From positions 7,266 through 71,265 of IMG/VR virus record IMGVR_UViG_3300030333_002628: a DNA stretch of 64,000 nt, one strand, 5' to 3'. A program made the position numbers and the translations under genes. Source of the DNA: a virus. Positions 20,841 to 30,343 of the stretch are shown here, one piece after another (within the stretch, counting starts at the first letter, position 1; the number at the start of each line of letters is the position of its first letter). Below the pieces are notes generated by a model. The model was not told the DNA's origin and did no database searches. It saw only the letters and a program-made list of their open reading frames with translations.

Positions 20841-22052
20841 CTACCATTCACCCAGTTCGCCATCATCCATTACATCTTCGGACTCAAGCGAAACGGTAGA
20901 TACTTCATCAAAAGGCCACCAACCGGACACGCCCATGCGCTGTTCACCCGTCTGCTTATCCTTCCAAGTGCTGCCAACAAGTAGAATCTTAGTGCCTACA
21001 CCGAAATCAATCACCCTCTCTGCTGGCGAGTAAACCTCCACCACAGAAGCAGATGAATTAACATCAAGGTCAGCGCAGATTAGCGTAGACGCACCGTTAT
21101 TGCGTGGGTCTATGTGGATAATCTCTGCCTGAACAGCCGCCACAGCGTCCCATCTCTTGGGGTTATCAGCCATGTCTTCCGACCACTTAGGCAAATCCAT
21201 CATACTCTCCATCAAGGAGAGTGGGGCAACCTCTTGTTCTGCCATGCGCTCATCCGATAGAACAGCCATTGGCCCATCTGGGAACATACTGGCTATGCTG
21301 TCATCTGGTGTGAAGTCTAGTAACTTAGCCTTGAGATAACCAACGCCCTTGTTCTGACCGATGCCTACGGCTAGTGAACCGCAAGTAAAGGTAGGCCATT
21401 GAACGTCAGCAGCACCACCGGAACCTCTGATAGCCATAACTCTCCAGTCACCAGTCTTATCCTCTGAACCAACAAAGAGAGAAACCCTCTCTCTGTCGTC
21501 CTGTGGTCTTGGCTGTCCGAACTTGAAGTTATTGTTACCGTTAGCAAACGTTGGGTTGCTCTTATCCCACACGCAGTAGAAGTGAGTATCACCATCTAGC
21601 CTCATACTGTGGCGTGGTAACTCGGTAACAGTAGTCTCCTCTGCACCAAAGAAGTCCTCACGTGCGTAGCGGGTAAAGGAACCGTCAGCATTCTCCTTGA
21701 GAAGAACGACTGCACCCATGTCAACCTTAGCCATGCGAGTTCCCTCATCAGCAGAAAGAAGTTCGTTCTTGTTCTTGTTGTAGATGTTCTTACCCCATTG
21801 CTTGGCTCTTGGCACGCTGATAAACATACCGTGTATCTGCGTAGCACCAGAATTCCTAAGCGCTCTAGTCTCATTCCTAATCTGCACACCAGCAATCTTG
21901 AGGCAAGCCGCGTAAGCCTCCTCATCAGACTTACCGCCTGCTCTTAGTGCTGCCCCTTGTGCCTCATAGACAACATCTGCCTTCGCCTTAAGCGTATCAA
22001 CATCTGTCTCTAAAGTCTTGGCTGTCCTCTCTATAACTTTGTCGTCAATCAT
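20841..22052 (-). CDS. Probable OB-fold ssDNA-binding protein (RPA-like)
   Basis: In the replication cluster. Helical N-terminus, beta-rich C-terminus (DFGVGTKILLVG), acidic tail ending in W. Start moved to MIDDK, which has a GGTGA SD. Confidence 0.5.
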   Translation of the reverse strand: MIDDKVIERTAKTLETDVDTLKAKADVVYEAQGAALRAGGKSDEEAYAACLKIAGVQIRNETRALRNSGATQIHGMFISVPRAKQWGKNIYNKNKNELLSADEGTRMAKVDMGAVVLLKENADGSFTRYAREDFFGAEETTVTELPRHSMRLDGDTHFYCVWDKSNPTFANGNNNFKFGQPRPQDDRERVSLFVGSEDKTGDWRVMAIRGSGGAADVQWPTFTCGSLAVGIGQNKGVGYLKAKLLDFTPDDSIASMFPDGPMAVLSDERMAEQEVAPLSLMESMMDLPKWSEDMADNPKRWDAVAAVQAEIIHIDPRNNGASTLICADLDVNSSASVVEVYSPAERVIDFGVGTKILLVGSTWKDKQTGEQRMGVSGWWPFDEVSTVSLESEDVMDDGELGEW

Positions 22053-22085
22053 CTCATTCACCTTGTAATTTGTCCGCCACCTTTT

Positions 22086-22096
22086 CCGCATATAAA
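22086..22096 (-). promoter_or_regulatory. Archaeal TATA promoter, class TTTATATGCGG
   Basis: Upstream of the SSB-like gene; shares TTTATATGCGGAAAAGGTG with the 14586 copy. Confidence 0.75.
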
Positions 22097-22098
22097 TA

Positions 22099-22992
22099 TT
22101 AGCACAGTTCTCTAATGAAGTTATAGACAACCGCCCTTTCCTCTACAGCCAACGCAAAATCCCTCTCTGCATTGATTGTTGCTTCTACTACTCTCATCTT
22201 ATTCGCGGGCGTAGCAGTAGCAGAATCCATAGCAAAATCGAAGATGCTTAGGATAGCCTCACGCCTCTGCTTGGTCTTCCATAGCAATTCAGAAGCCTCC
22301 TCAAAGTCCCTATCTCGGAAGCAGAGTTCTAAAATTCTCTTACTAAAATTTATCTGGGGCATCGTTGCTGTCATATCTGACAGAAATCCATCGCTGTCAT
22401 CTACTGACGCATAAGCCTGTAAGAAATTAATAGCAGCACGCAAATCTCCCTTGTGTATCTTAGCAATTAATCCAAGATTGTTTGCAGAAATCTCTACCCC
22501 CTCCTTACCTGCTATAACCGCTAATCTATCTACCATAGCCTCTTGACTAATAGGGTTAAATTCCAAAACCCTACATCTTGACTTGAGATAAGGGGTAATC
22601 TTACTCAGGTTGTTGCAAGTGAGAATGAAATATCCGTGTGCGTTCTCAATCACACCCTTCAATGCCGACTGTGCAGCAGGTGTCAATTGGTCTGCCTCAT
22701 CTAGCAGAAAAATCTTACTATAATACCCATTACTAGCCATAGGAATTATCTCGTTCTCGATAAATTCAATTCCTCTCTCAAACTTACTACTAGCATTGTA
22801 GGTCTCAACCACGCAATTCCACTCATTACCCAATGCGTATGCCAAACTTGTCTTACCTGTTCCAGCACCACTACTGTATAGGATAAGGTGTTGCGCCTCA
22901 CTACCCTGTAGAATATCTGTTATATGTTCTTGACCTACAATACCTTCTAAGGTATCTGGCCGATGCTTGATGGCCCAAACATTACGGCTCAT
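22099..22992 (-). CDS. rfcS: Clamp loader, RFC small subunit-like AAA+ ATPase
   Basis: WAIKHRP..L..IVGQ, GAGTGKTS, NASS, LLDEADQLT..AQ.AL, FILTCN, LKSRC, GDLRAAIN. Confidence 0.93.
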   Translation of the reverse strand: MSRNVWAIKHRPDTLEGIVGQEHITDILQGSEAQHLILYSSGAGTGKTSLAYALGNEWNCVVETYNASSKFERGIEFIENEIIPMASNGYYSKIFLLDEADQLTPAAQSALKGVIENAHGYFILTCNNLSKITPYLKSRCRVLEFNPISQEAMVDRLAVIAGKEGVEISANNLGLIAKIHKGDLRAAINFLQAYASVDDSDGFLSDMTATMPQINFSKRILELCFRDRDFEEASELLWKTKQRREAILSIFDFAMDSATATPANKMRVVEATINAERDFALAVEERAVVYNFIRELC

Positions 22993-23309
22993 TGTAATAA
23001 CTCCGAATTCTCTCTTACCATCCATAACTTAGGGGCTTTAATGTAGTCACCATCAGACCCAGCCACGAAGAAATCATGTCTCATCTTCATTACGTTAGCC
23101 AGAGTTCCAGTAGAACTAAAGGTGTTTAGACACTTACCGTTCTTGAACTTGGCGTTATAGAATATCTCCTTGACTGTGCTTGGGCCATTATCTTGTAAGT
23201 ATCTAGCGCACGCACGCATAATGTAACTATTCTTCTTAGTCTTACCAATCCTAATGGGTCTAGTCCTAGTGTTAGGAGAATGAGAACCGAAGCCGCCACT
23301 CATTCCCAT
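22989..23309 (-). CDS. Small basic wHTH-like protein
   Basis: YLQDNGPSTVKEIF...TLANVMK pattern. Confidence 0.45.
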   Translation of the reverse strand: MGMSGGFGSHSPNTRTRPIRIGKTKKNSYIMRACARYLQDNGPSTVKEIFYNAKFKNGKCLNTFSSTGTLANVMKMRHDFFVAGSDGDYIKAPKLWMVRENSELLQ

Positions 23310-23470
23310 AACTCCTCATATCTACCTTCCTCTCTCTGGGTTGTGATACAGTCGGAACAAATACCATCCCCTTCCGCATACCCACACGCTATACAAGGCA
23401 TAGGCTTTAGGTGTAGAAGGCGGTGGAGGAACGATACTATGATGGAAGGGAACCACGACTTCAAACTCAT
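23300..23470 (-). CDS. Small Zn-finger protein (56 aa, not in ORF track)
   Basis: Manual translation MSLKSWFPS...CIACG...CSDC...ELWE; GGAGG SD; promoter box upstream at 23508-23518. Confidence 0.5.
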   Translation of the reverse strand: MSLKSWFPSIIVSFLHRLLHLKPMPCIACGYAEGDGICSDCITTQREEGRYEELWE

Positions 23471-23507
23471 TGTATCAACCGCCTCCTACACATAGCGGTT
23501 ATCTGCC

Positions 23508-23518
23508 CCGCATATAAA
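23508..23518 (-). promoter_or_regulatory. Archaeal TATA promoter, class TTTATATGCGG
   Basis: Intergenic copy upstream of the 23470 micro-ORF and the RFC unit. Confidence 0.7.
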
Positions 23519-23520
23519 GA

Positions 23521-23859
23521 CTATCTCTCAACACTATTCTCTATTGTTAATGCTTCTAGTAATCTAAACAGGTCTGCTGCTTCCCCGTCATGCGATATTA
23601 GGGCAATTAGAATACCATTCAAAAGCCCTCTAGTATAATCGTTAGACCAATCGTAGCCAGCGCTCAAAACAGTCTGGGCCATAGCCTCCAGTTCTGATTC
23701 TGGCTTTGGTGGTTCTGGGTCAGAGCAGAAGTAAATCATATTCTTTATCATCTCACCATGCTTGACATTCTCTTCGGTTATAATATCTGTTAACGTAGGG
23801 TCAACGCCCGCACTTAGTATATTCTCTATCATACCCATCATTACCCGAAAGTCGTCCAT
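23521..23859 (-). CDS. Hypothetical protein
   Basis: 3' part of the 211-aa ORF. Start set at MDDFRV because the upstream part overlaps another ORF. Confidence 0.5.
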   Translation of the reverse strand: MDDFRVMMGMIENILSAGVDPTLTDIITEENVKHGEMIKNMIYFCSDPEPPKPESELEAMAQTVLSAGYDWSNDYTRGLLNGILIALISHDGEAADLFRLLEALTIENSVER

Positions 23860-23884
23860 GTTACTACATAGGAACAATGATTTA

Positions 23885-24103
23885 TTATTGCTTCCTCTTC
23901 CCCCTCTTCTTTCCTTTATCACTTCTTGTCTTACGCCTCTTCCTCTTGGGGATTTGAGCAATGCAATATTTACACAAACTCCTAACAAAACCGTCTGTAT
24001 ACAGGGTGTTAGGCATAATTCTCTTACACTTTCTACATTGCACCTTCTTAGGTGCGTTTGGTAATAGTTTCTTGAGATAACTAAAGTCCCTGTCCTCTCC
24101 CAT
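23885..24103 (-). CDS. Zn-finger protein with basic tail
   Basis: CRKC...CKYC followed by RKTRSDKGKKR. Confidence 0.55.
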   Translation of the reverse strand: MGEDRDFSYLKKLLPNAPKKVQCRKCKRIMPNTLYTDGFVRSLCKYCIAQIPKRKRRKTRSDKGKKRGKRKQ

Positions 24104-24128
24104 AGTGGTGCGGGAACATAGCGGGATA

Positions 24129-24527
24129 TTAACTTTCTCTTATGCAATGCAGACAAACATTACTATTATCTGGGAAAACTCTTATTCTACCACACTCACA
24201 CTTCTGCGCCTTCTCCTTCTCAGAGGGAGTCATTACTGTTAAACTACGTGTGTGAGTAATATCGTCCTTGCTTTGTATTAACTCTCTATTTATGTCGTAA
24301 ACAAGGTGGGTTGCTTTAGCACCTACAGCATTCTCTACTTGTTCTTTCCCAACGACTACTATCTGGGAGTTCTTAGCCATAAGTGCCGACAAACTGTGGG
24401 GTGAGGGAACAGTTCTAACAGACTTCTTCTTAGATAGAATAGCGGCCATTCCTTCTTTCGTCATCTTGCCATGTTCGTATAACAGTTCCACTATGATGCG
24501 CCGGATGCGCCGATTGTTCGCACTCAT
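24129..24527 (-). CDS. wHTH-like protein with C-terminal Zn ribbon
   Basis: IVELLYEHGKMTKE...SPHSLSALM; CECG...CLHC. Confidence 0.55.
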   Translation of the reverse strand: MSANNRRIRRIIVELLYEHGKMTKEGMAAILSKKKSVRTVPSPHSLSALMAKNSQIVVVGKEQVENAVGAKATHLVYDINRELIQSKDDITHTRSLTVMTPSEKEKAQKCECGRIRVFPDNSNVCLHCIRES

Positions 24528-24565
24528 ATAACAATGGTGACTCTTAAGTGTATATGAGACCTTTA

Positions 24566-24763
24566 TCAGTCTTTTAGTTTACCGTAGAATAATTCCATCG
24601 CTTCCGGCCTTTCTAATTGTAAAAGTTCTTCTGGCTCTGGCGCTTGAGAATAAATCTTATTACCATAGTATGGCGCAGCATTTATTATCTCATCAGACTT
24701 ATGTTTACAAAATACTAGAAACAAAGCAAGACCTAAGATAATTATTACTGTTATCAAATCCAT
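24566..24763 (-). CDS. Small membrane protein
   Basis: N-terminal TM helix LITVIIILGLALFLVF. Confidence 0.55.
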   Translation of the reverse strand: MDLITVIIILGLALFLVFCKHKSDEIINAAPYYGNKIYSQAPEPEELLQLERPEAMELFYGKLKD

Positions 24764-25434
24764 TCTGTCACCTGCTCAGAAGTCTTACGCACACCTTTAG
24801 GTAGCGTATCGCCTCTGGCTCGCAGGTCGTTGGTCGCGGGTATAAAGTTTGTCACTATCTCTCTCCAATATAGGTCACTTTGACGGAAAGGAAAGGGGGC
24901 CATGTCTTCTGCCTTCTTCTTCTTAGGCCACTTTACCTTACTTCTCTTACCTGTTATTCCATAAGCAAAAATAGACCTTACTATATCATCACTCATTTGC
25001 ATATTAGCCTTAGCAACCAAGCGCCAGAAATCTATGTCATCTACATTCTCACGAAGAAAGGCAAGAGCATAAGGTATGGGCATCCCCTTTTGACTAACCC
25101 AAACCCTTCTTCTATCGGGCCATTGTAGGATAGCATTTATCCCAACCAAGAGAGAGTCTTTATCTCCTGTCAACGATGGATGAATGATAACATAGGGCTT
25201 TTCATTAGCACTTATCGTAGGCTTCTTACTTGTAACAACAATTAATCTATTGCCTATATGTGGTAGCCACTCCTTCACATCTTTATTCTTGAACTTGTCA
25301 CTATATAGAATAAATGTTGTATCTGGGTCAGTCATGGGCGAGTCTATTTCATTACGCATGATGACAACGTTGCCATGCAGTATGTTCCAGTCTTCTTGGA
25401 AGGTCTCATCTCTGGTAAAAATTACTATTCCCAT
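24754..25434 (-). CDS. Hypothetical protein
   Basis: 226-aa ORF co-oriented in the operon. Confidence 0.6.
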   Translation of the reverse strand: MGIVIFTRDETFQEDWNILHGNVVIMRNEIDSPMTDPDTTFILYSDKFKNKDVKEWLPHIGNRLIVVTSKKPTISANEKPYVIIHPSLTGDKDSLLVGINAILQWPDRRRVWVSQKGMPIPYALAFLRENVDDIDFWRLVAKANMQMSDDIVRSIFAYGITGKRSKVKWPKKKKAEDMAPFPFRQSDLYWREIVTNFIPATNDLRARGDTLPKGVRKTSEQVTEWI

Positions 25435-25485
25435 ATAACCCGCCCAAAATTTTTCTTGTCGTATTTTAGATACGCACTTTATAAA

Positions 25486-25728
25486 TTACCAACCTTTACT
25501 ATAAACGTAGTTCTGTAGGCTACGCATCTGACTCTTGGATAACCCCCAAGCCTCACCTACTGATTTACCTGTTAAACTATAACCACCAACAGACCAATCT
25601 ATCCCAGTAGATAGAATAACTGCTACTACTCCATCATCTTTCATTGCTTCTACTAACTTGGGCCATTCGTCCTTGTTTATCGCACGCGCATTAATGGTGT
25701 TCCTATGCCCACTTCTCCACCGCTTCAT
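25486..25728 (-). CDS. Hypothetical protein
   Basis: 80-aa ORF with ATGA overlap to the upstream gene. Confidence 0.55.
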   Translation of the reverse strand: MKRWRSGHRNTINARAINKDEWPKLVEAMKDDGVVAVILSTGIDWSVGGYSLTGKSVGEAWGLSKSQMRSLQNYVYSKGW

Positions 25729-26393
25729 GTTGCTGCCCCCTTTGGGTATGATTCTACGGGATAGCGCAGACTCTTTAATGCTTTCTTTCTGAATCTCTTG
25801 TTTCCGCAGAGAAAAATATACCTATGTTTTCTAGGTCTCTCTTGCATATAGAATCTGTCACCATACTTCTCTCGGATTAACTTACCTCTGTTTTCATGCC
25901 CCCTAAATTCATCCGCTATTGTTTGGCTGTGTAGGTGTTCTAGTCCCTTTATCTTCCAATCAGTTCTCTTTGCACTTAAACCAGTATAGAGAAAATTCGT
26001 GGCTTGGTAGACAATACCTAGATGTTCTTGTGAAGTATCAGCATAAGAAATAACTATTGCGTCTTGTTCTTCCTTCAATAACCGCAAACTTGCACCGACA
26101 AGAATGCTGGCTTCATTATGTAGATTATTCTTTAAACAAAGTCGGTTTAATTCTAACACTTGATGTTGGTAATCTTCCCCAGCCACGCCCTTCCTCAAGG
26201 TAGCGCTGAAAGGAGTTCCGTAAGTTACTACACCTACTAATTCTAATGTGTCTAGTTTGATTAAACCGTAAGCGTAAGTAACACTAGGCCATCTCTTAGC
26301 ATAATGGATATTTAATATGAAGTCTTCGCAATCACTTCTTTTAACAGGTATTACATCGTATTCTTCACGCATCATCCACAACCTCAAAATCAA
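25725..26393 (-). CDS. Mom-like GNAT-fold DNA modification protein
   Basis: HYAKRWPS, GVVTYG, LELNRLCL, VISYADTSQEHLGIVYQATNFLYTG and KHRY match my recollection of phage Mom-like adenine-modification proteins. Confidence 0.7.
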   Translation of the reverse strand: MILRLWMMREEYDVIPVKRSDCEDFILNIHYAKRWPSVTYAYGLIKLDTLELVGVVTYGTPFSATLRKGVAGEDYQHQVLELNRLCLKNNLHNEASILVGASLRLLKEEQDAIVISYADTSQEHLGIVYQATNFLYTGLSAKRTDWKIKGLEHLHSQTIADEFRGHENRGKLIREKYGDRFYMQERPRKHRYIFLCGNKRFRKKALKSLRYPVESYPKGAAT

Positions 26394-26994
26394 CGTCTTC
26401 TACTCTGGGCGCTCTCAAAGCCTGCATCCTGAATTCTACCTCATCTAACAATTGCGGGTTGTCTTTCAGAACATCAACAAGGACATGATTCATGTTGTTC
26501 ATGTGAGTTTGTGCCAATAGGAATTGAGAGTCAACACCAATCTCTTTCTTTAACTGTGCGATTAACTTAATAGATGAGTTTGCTTGTCCTATTAATCTAG
26601 TCGCATCAGATACAAAGTCAGGGGTTATCATTCCATCATTCTCCTTCCTTTCCTCCAGTTCATTCAAATAACCTTCAATCCTACGCACTATTCCTTCGGC
26701 GCTTGTCAAAGTATCAATCGACCTTTCTCTTGCCTCCTCTACCTCTGCTGCATCTCTTGGGTTGTATTCTAAATGTGCCTCCATGTGATTCATAACTGTG
26801 CCTTCGGGCCAGCCATGCTTCGCCTCAAGATAATCTGGAGTGACTTCTTCTGCTACTAATTGCCTCTCATAGTCAGCCCTATCCTTATGGTCGCAGAAGG
26901 GGCAACCACCATCTAAGACCCAACGGAGAACATCTATAACAAACATATCGTTCTCATTGTGTAACCGTTGTTCTATCTCAATTCTCGATTTCAT
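26365..26994 (-). CDS. Zn-binding/HTH protein with coiled coil (possible terminase small subunit-like)
   Basis: CPFCDH...V.NH...H followed by long helices and a DVDFEVV tail; function uncertain. Confidence 0.35.
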   Translation of the reverse strand: MKSRIEIEQRLHNENDMFVIDVLRWVLDGGCPFCDHKDRADYERQLVAEEVTPDYLEAKHGWPEGTVMNHMEAHLEYNPRDAAEVEEARERSIDTLTSAEGIVRRIEGYLNELEERKENDGMITPDFVSDATRLIGQANSSIKLIAQLKKEIGVDSQFLLAQTHMNNMNHVLVDVLKDNPQLLDEVEFRMQALRAPRVEDVDFEVVDDA

Positions 26995-27325
26995 AGTTCT
27001 CCTCCAGATAATATTCTCTAGCCCCCTTAGTGGGTTGATGGAATGGAATCTTACGCACCCTAAAGACGTAGGCTACGTCTCTGGGTTGAGGACAAATGCG
27101 GGAAGCGCACAAAGAATAATGTCTCTTCTTAGTGCCGTTACTATCTCTTCCGTGTCGCTTAGTCTTCGCTTCTGCTATAATTGTTTTAATAGGCTTGGGG
27201 TTATCAAAACTCGCGTTCTCTTTCAGATAATCTATGACAGCAGGCCACCATGCGGGATGCTTTCTCTGTGATTTCTTCCAGCCTTTAGCCATATTATTTA
27301 CTCCTCTAAAGTGCAGTCGTGACAA
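26978..27325 (-). CDS. Basic wHTH-like protein
   Basis: AVIDYLKENA...PIKTIIAE...VAYVFR. Confidence 0.45.
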   Translation of the reverse strand: MSRLHFRGVNNMAKGWKKSQRKHPAWWPAVIDYLKENASFDNPKPIKTIIAEAKTKRHGRDSNGTKKRHYSLCASRICPQPRDVAYVFRVRKIPFHQPTKGAREYYLEENYEIEN

Positions 27326-27663
27326 TAAGTATGTCCGTCTATATCGGTTCTCATCTCATCCATGTCACAGGCTACACATCTTTTAATATCACAATGCCAG
27401 CACTCATGGACATCTTTATGTGAACCACAGGAATGACATCTATCTGGCTCGTTCTCCTCCTCTTCTATAAGTCGCTCAAGATATACGCAGAAATCCATAG
27501 CCTCTTCTTGGGCGTGCTTTAACCATTCAAGTTTAGACAAGTCTTCACGTTCCATAGTAGTGCCATACTTTGCTTTACCCTTTAATGCACGTGCGGCTAT
27601 TTTAGCCATTACTCTTTTCTCTATTCTACTCACGCAAACTCTCTCCTTGGTGGGGGCAACCAC
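27298..27663 (-). CDS. All-alpha NTP pyrophosphohydrolase-like (MazG-type) small protein with Zn-finger tail
   Basis: GKAKYGTTMEREDLS..EWL.HAQEEAMDFCVYLERL; C-terminal CxxC repeats. Confidence 0.55.
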   Translation of the reverse strand: MVAPTKERVCVSRIEKRVMAKIAARALKGKAKYGTTMEREDLSKLEWLKHAQEEAMDFCVYLERLIEEEENEPDRCHSCGSHKDVHECWHCDIKRCVACDMDEMRTDIDGHTYCHDCTLEE

Positions 27664-27753
27664 ACTTTAGAATAAATGCTACGCCACCTTCTGCTTCGTA
27701 ACTTGTAACCCTCTTCTTACAATGGAAGCATCTTAATTGAAAGGGCGGGGTCA

Positions 27754-29049
27754 TCAGTCTTCCTCCGTTAGCGGGCCTATCCTACATAGTAGTCCTTTCC
27801 TACCTCTCCTATTAGTGTTTGGTTCAAATTCTTTATACCATCCCTGTCCTTCTAAGTTCTCGATAACCCAGCGCTTGGCGCTTTGGTAATCTCCTTGTGT
27901 TATCATACGCGAAACTTCCTTTAACAGTTGTGACTTCGGTAGGTCTTGTTTCCAGAATGTGCTACGAATCAGTTCAAGGTCTGCGTCCATCACACGCCTC
28001 CTCTGCTCAAGCGACTGGGCAAGAATCTTCTCAAGAGTATCATCCATAGTAATGAGCAAAGGAACACCACCATGCCACTCCTCTTTCATCATGTGATACC
28101 CAATAGAAAGCCTGCGAAATAGGTCAGCCTCAAAAGACCTAACATCAGGTCTGTTAATCCATTCACCTATGTCATCATCGAAGATAACACCAGTAGGTGG
28201 ATTCGCTAGAGCGTCTTGCATCCTCTGTCTTAACCAATGTTTTATCTCAAATGCTTGGTTAGCCAAGTGTGTGCGCTCTTCAATTGTCATGTTGGATTGC
28301 TTGTGCTGGGCCTTCTTGTATAATAACTCTTTTTCTGGACTCATCTCGATGTCTATAATAAAGAATCTTCTATCTAATCCAGAGTCTAACTCAAATCTCG
28401 CTGGTTGAGTCCCAGCCCACACAGTATAACGGGTAGTGTATCTAACCCATCCATTGCGAAGCGCTTTCTGAACTCTCCCGTTGTCAAGAGAAGTGAGCAA
28501 TTGGTTCTTCATATCCATGCTGTGGTCTTTCTTGGAGGCATCGGACATTGAGGAGAATTCCTCAAAGCCAAGAAACCCACCGCATAGACTCCTAGCCAAC
28601 GGCTGCCCTACGATTTCACCCTCTTCATCTACTGAACCGAACATACCAGCCTCAGTTACGGAGTTTGGCCCCATCATAGTGTTGAAGCCCTGCCCCATAT
28701 CTACATACTGACTGTGTAGTAGCCCTGTTCCCTCTGCTAAGAACATCATTATCATTACCGACTTACCGCTACCCTTTGGCCCCCTTAGCATCAGGTGTAT
28801 GCGCGTATCAGGTAATTGAGACATCGGTGTATAGAATGGCATATTGTTGTGACGTAGGGGACAATTCTCAATGACGAAATCACCCTCTTCTATGTAAGGA
28901 GAATTAGGGTCGAAGTCACACCTACTACACTTGTTAATGCAGTTAAATATGTGACTGCCTATCGAACATAGAAAAATAGGTATCTTATCTTCCACATCAA
29001 CGTAGTGATTCCCTCTAGCAAAGGAAGTAATCTCATCAAAAACTTTCAT
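27754..29049 (-). CDS. mcm: MCM-like replicative helicase (short)
   Basis: HLMLRGPKGSGKS, SVTEAGMFGSV, GGFLGFEEF and arginine finger SGLDRRF. Confidence 0.85.
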   Translation of the reverse strand: MKVFDEITSFARGNHYVDVEDKIPIFLCSIGSHIFNCINKCSRCDFDPNSPYIEEGDFVIENCPLRHNNMPFYTPMSQLPDTRIHLMLRGPKGSGKSVMIMMFLAEGTGLLHSQYVDMGQGFNTMMGPNSVTEAGMFGSVDEEGEIVGQPLARSLCGGFLGFEEFSSMSDASKKDHSMDMKNQLLTSLDNGRVQKALRNGWVRYTTRYTVWAGTQPARFELDSGLDRRFFIIDIEMSPEKELLYKKAQHKQSNMTIEERTHLANQAFEIKHWLRQRMQDALANPPTGVIFDDDIGEWINRPDVRSFEADLFRRLSIGYHMMKEEWHGGVPLLITMDDTLEKILAQSLEQRRRVMDADLELIRSTFWKQDLPKSQLLKEVSRMITQGDYQSAKRWVIENLEGQGWYKEFEPNTNRRGRKGLLCRIGPLTEED

Positions 29050-29903
29050 TCCTCAAACCCCGTCATATCAAACTCATCTTGTTCGTCCTCTAAGTCAATT
29101 CTTACGAATCGCTCATCTGCTAGATGCTTTAGCGCCTGTGTCATTTCTCTTAAGGCTTGCGGGTCATACGGTAATTTATAGTGTGTTTGAAGGTGATTTA
29201 GTAGGCTATCGGCGCAGTCTACGTCTAGTAATACAGGGGATGGACTGCCTAGTAAAACTTCCGCTAGTCTAGCCTCATGCTCAAAGCAGAAGTTACAGAA
29301 AAGGTCACACCAAATCCATACATTAGGTGCTAAAGCAAACTCTGGTTGCATCAGTAGAGTTTCATCTATACCAAAGGCAGTTTTTATCTCATCCTCCGCA
29401 CTAGCAAAATCGAAAGTGGCGACATGGCCCGCTTCAAGTTTTGTGGTGTGCTGGAAGTCTGGGTGCATAGCGAACAGGTTACTTGTCATATATGTTAATT
29501 TATTTACACCGTAATGATTTAGAATAAGAATTATATCTCTAACGATAGGATAAGTATACAACCAGTTCACATTGCTTTGGGCTGGGTTTGGTGAAATCGT
29601 CACAGGATGCAGTTTAGGGATTCTTAGCACCCAAAACCTATCTCCGTTGGTTGAACGGGTTTCGTATAATCTGTAACCTACCCACGCTGGCGTAGGGATG
29701 AAGTTTATCTGTGGGACTTCCATTAACTTACCGTATAAACAGGCTATTGGTTGCGCGTCACCAATAATTGCTTTACCTGTTAGAGCAGTAGCGCTACCAT
29801 GTTCTTCTTGATGGTAAACTATCAAGTGGGTTGGCTCTACTTCTGGCTTCTGCACAGTCCAGATGCAATCAACGTCCATCCGTGATTCATGTATCTTCGC
29901 CAA
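29046..29903 (-). CDS. Hypothetical protein, possibly PAC2-like (proteasome assembly chaperone fold)
   Basis: YPIVRDIILILNHYGVNKLTYM and C-terminal DCADSLLNHL...YDPQALREM resemble the PAC2/PbaB pattern; weak. Confidence 0.35.
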   Translation of the reverse strand: MAKIHESRMDVDCIWTVQKPEVEPTHLIVYHQEEHGSATALTGKAIIGDAQPIACLYGKLMEVPQINFIPTPAWVGYRLYETRSTNGDRFWVLRIPKLHPVTISPNPAQSNVNWLYTYPIVRDIILILNHYGVNKLTYMTSNLFAMHPDFQHTTKLEAGHVATFDFASAEDEIKTAFGIDETLLMQPEFALAPNVWIWCDLFCNFCFEHEARLAEVLLGSPSPVLLDVDCADSLLNHLQTHYKLPYDPQALREMTQALKHLADERFVRIDLEDEQDEFDMTGFEE

Positions 29904-30309
29904 GTAATTCCCTCCTTCTTTTTCTGTATAAGTCTATGGCGAAAGACGGCAGCGTTTTTTCGTAGTTCTGCTGCGTGTGTCTCTTACCAGCAATCTTCTC
30001 TATGACATCATTGATAGGCACGACCTCATAGAGCGACACGACACGCTTTGAGCCAGTCATCCCTACCTCTCTACGTTCCCCCACCTTATTGAAGAAGTGG
30101 GACACCTTAAGGGTCTGCGCTATCTGATTCATAGTCCACGACCTGCGACTCCTCCATCTCGGTTCCTTTCTATTATTATGACCCACCTTGTAGTCTGTCA
30201 TTTGATTATTCATCCAGTCGTAAATCTCAAAGGTAGACATCGAACCCTCCTCTGCTAACTTGGGATAGAGAACTTCATGCAGCGCTTTGCTACCAGTATT
30301 ACGCGCCAT
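29887..30309 (-). CDS. wHTH-like DNA-binding protein
   Basis: LAEEGSMSTFEIYDWM...WTMNQIAQTLK...FNKVG; starts 29 nt below a TTTATATGCGG box. Confidence 0.6.
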   Translation of the reverse strand: MARNTGSKALHEVLYPKLAEEGSMSTFEIYDWMNNQMTDYKVGHNNRKEPRWRSRRSWTMNQIAQTLKVSHFFNKVGERREVGMTGSKRVVSLYEVVPINDVIEKIAGKRHTQQNYEKTLPSFAIDLYRKRRRELLGEDT

Positions 30310-30327
30310 GTATTATCCCCTCCCTAT

Positions 30328-30338
30328 CCGCATATAAA
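30328..30338 (-). promoter_or_regulatory. Archaeal TATA promoter, class TTTATATGCGG
   Basis: 29 nt above the ATG at 30309; abuts element A. Confidence 0.8.
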
Positions 30339-30343
30339 TATTA

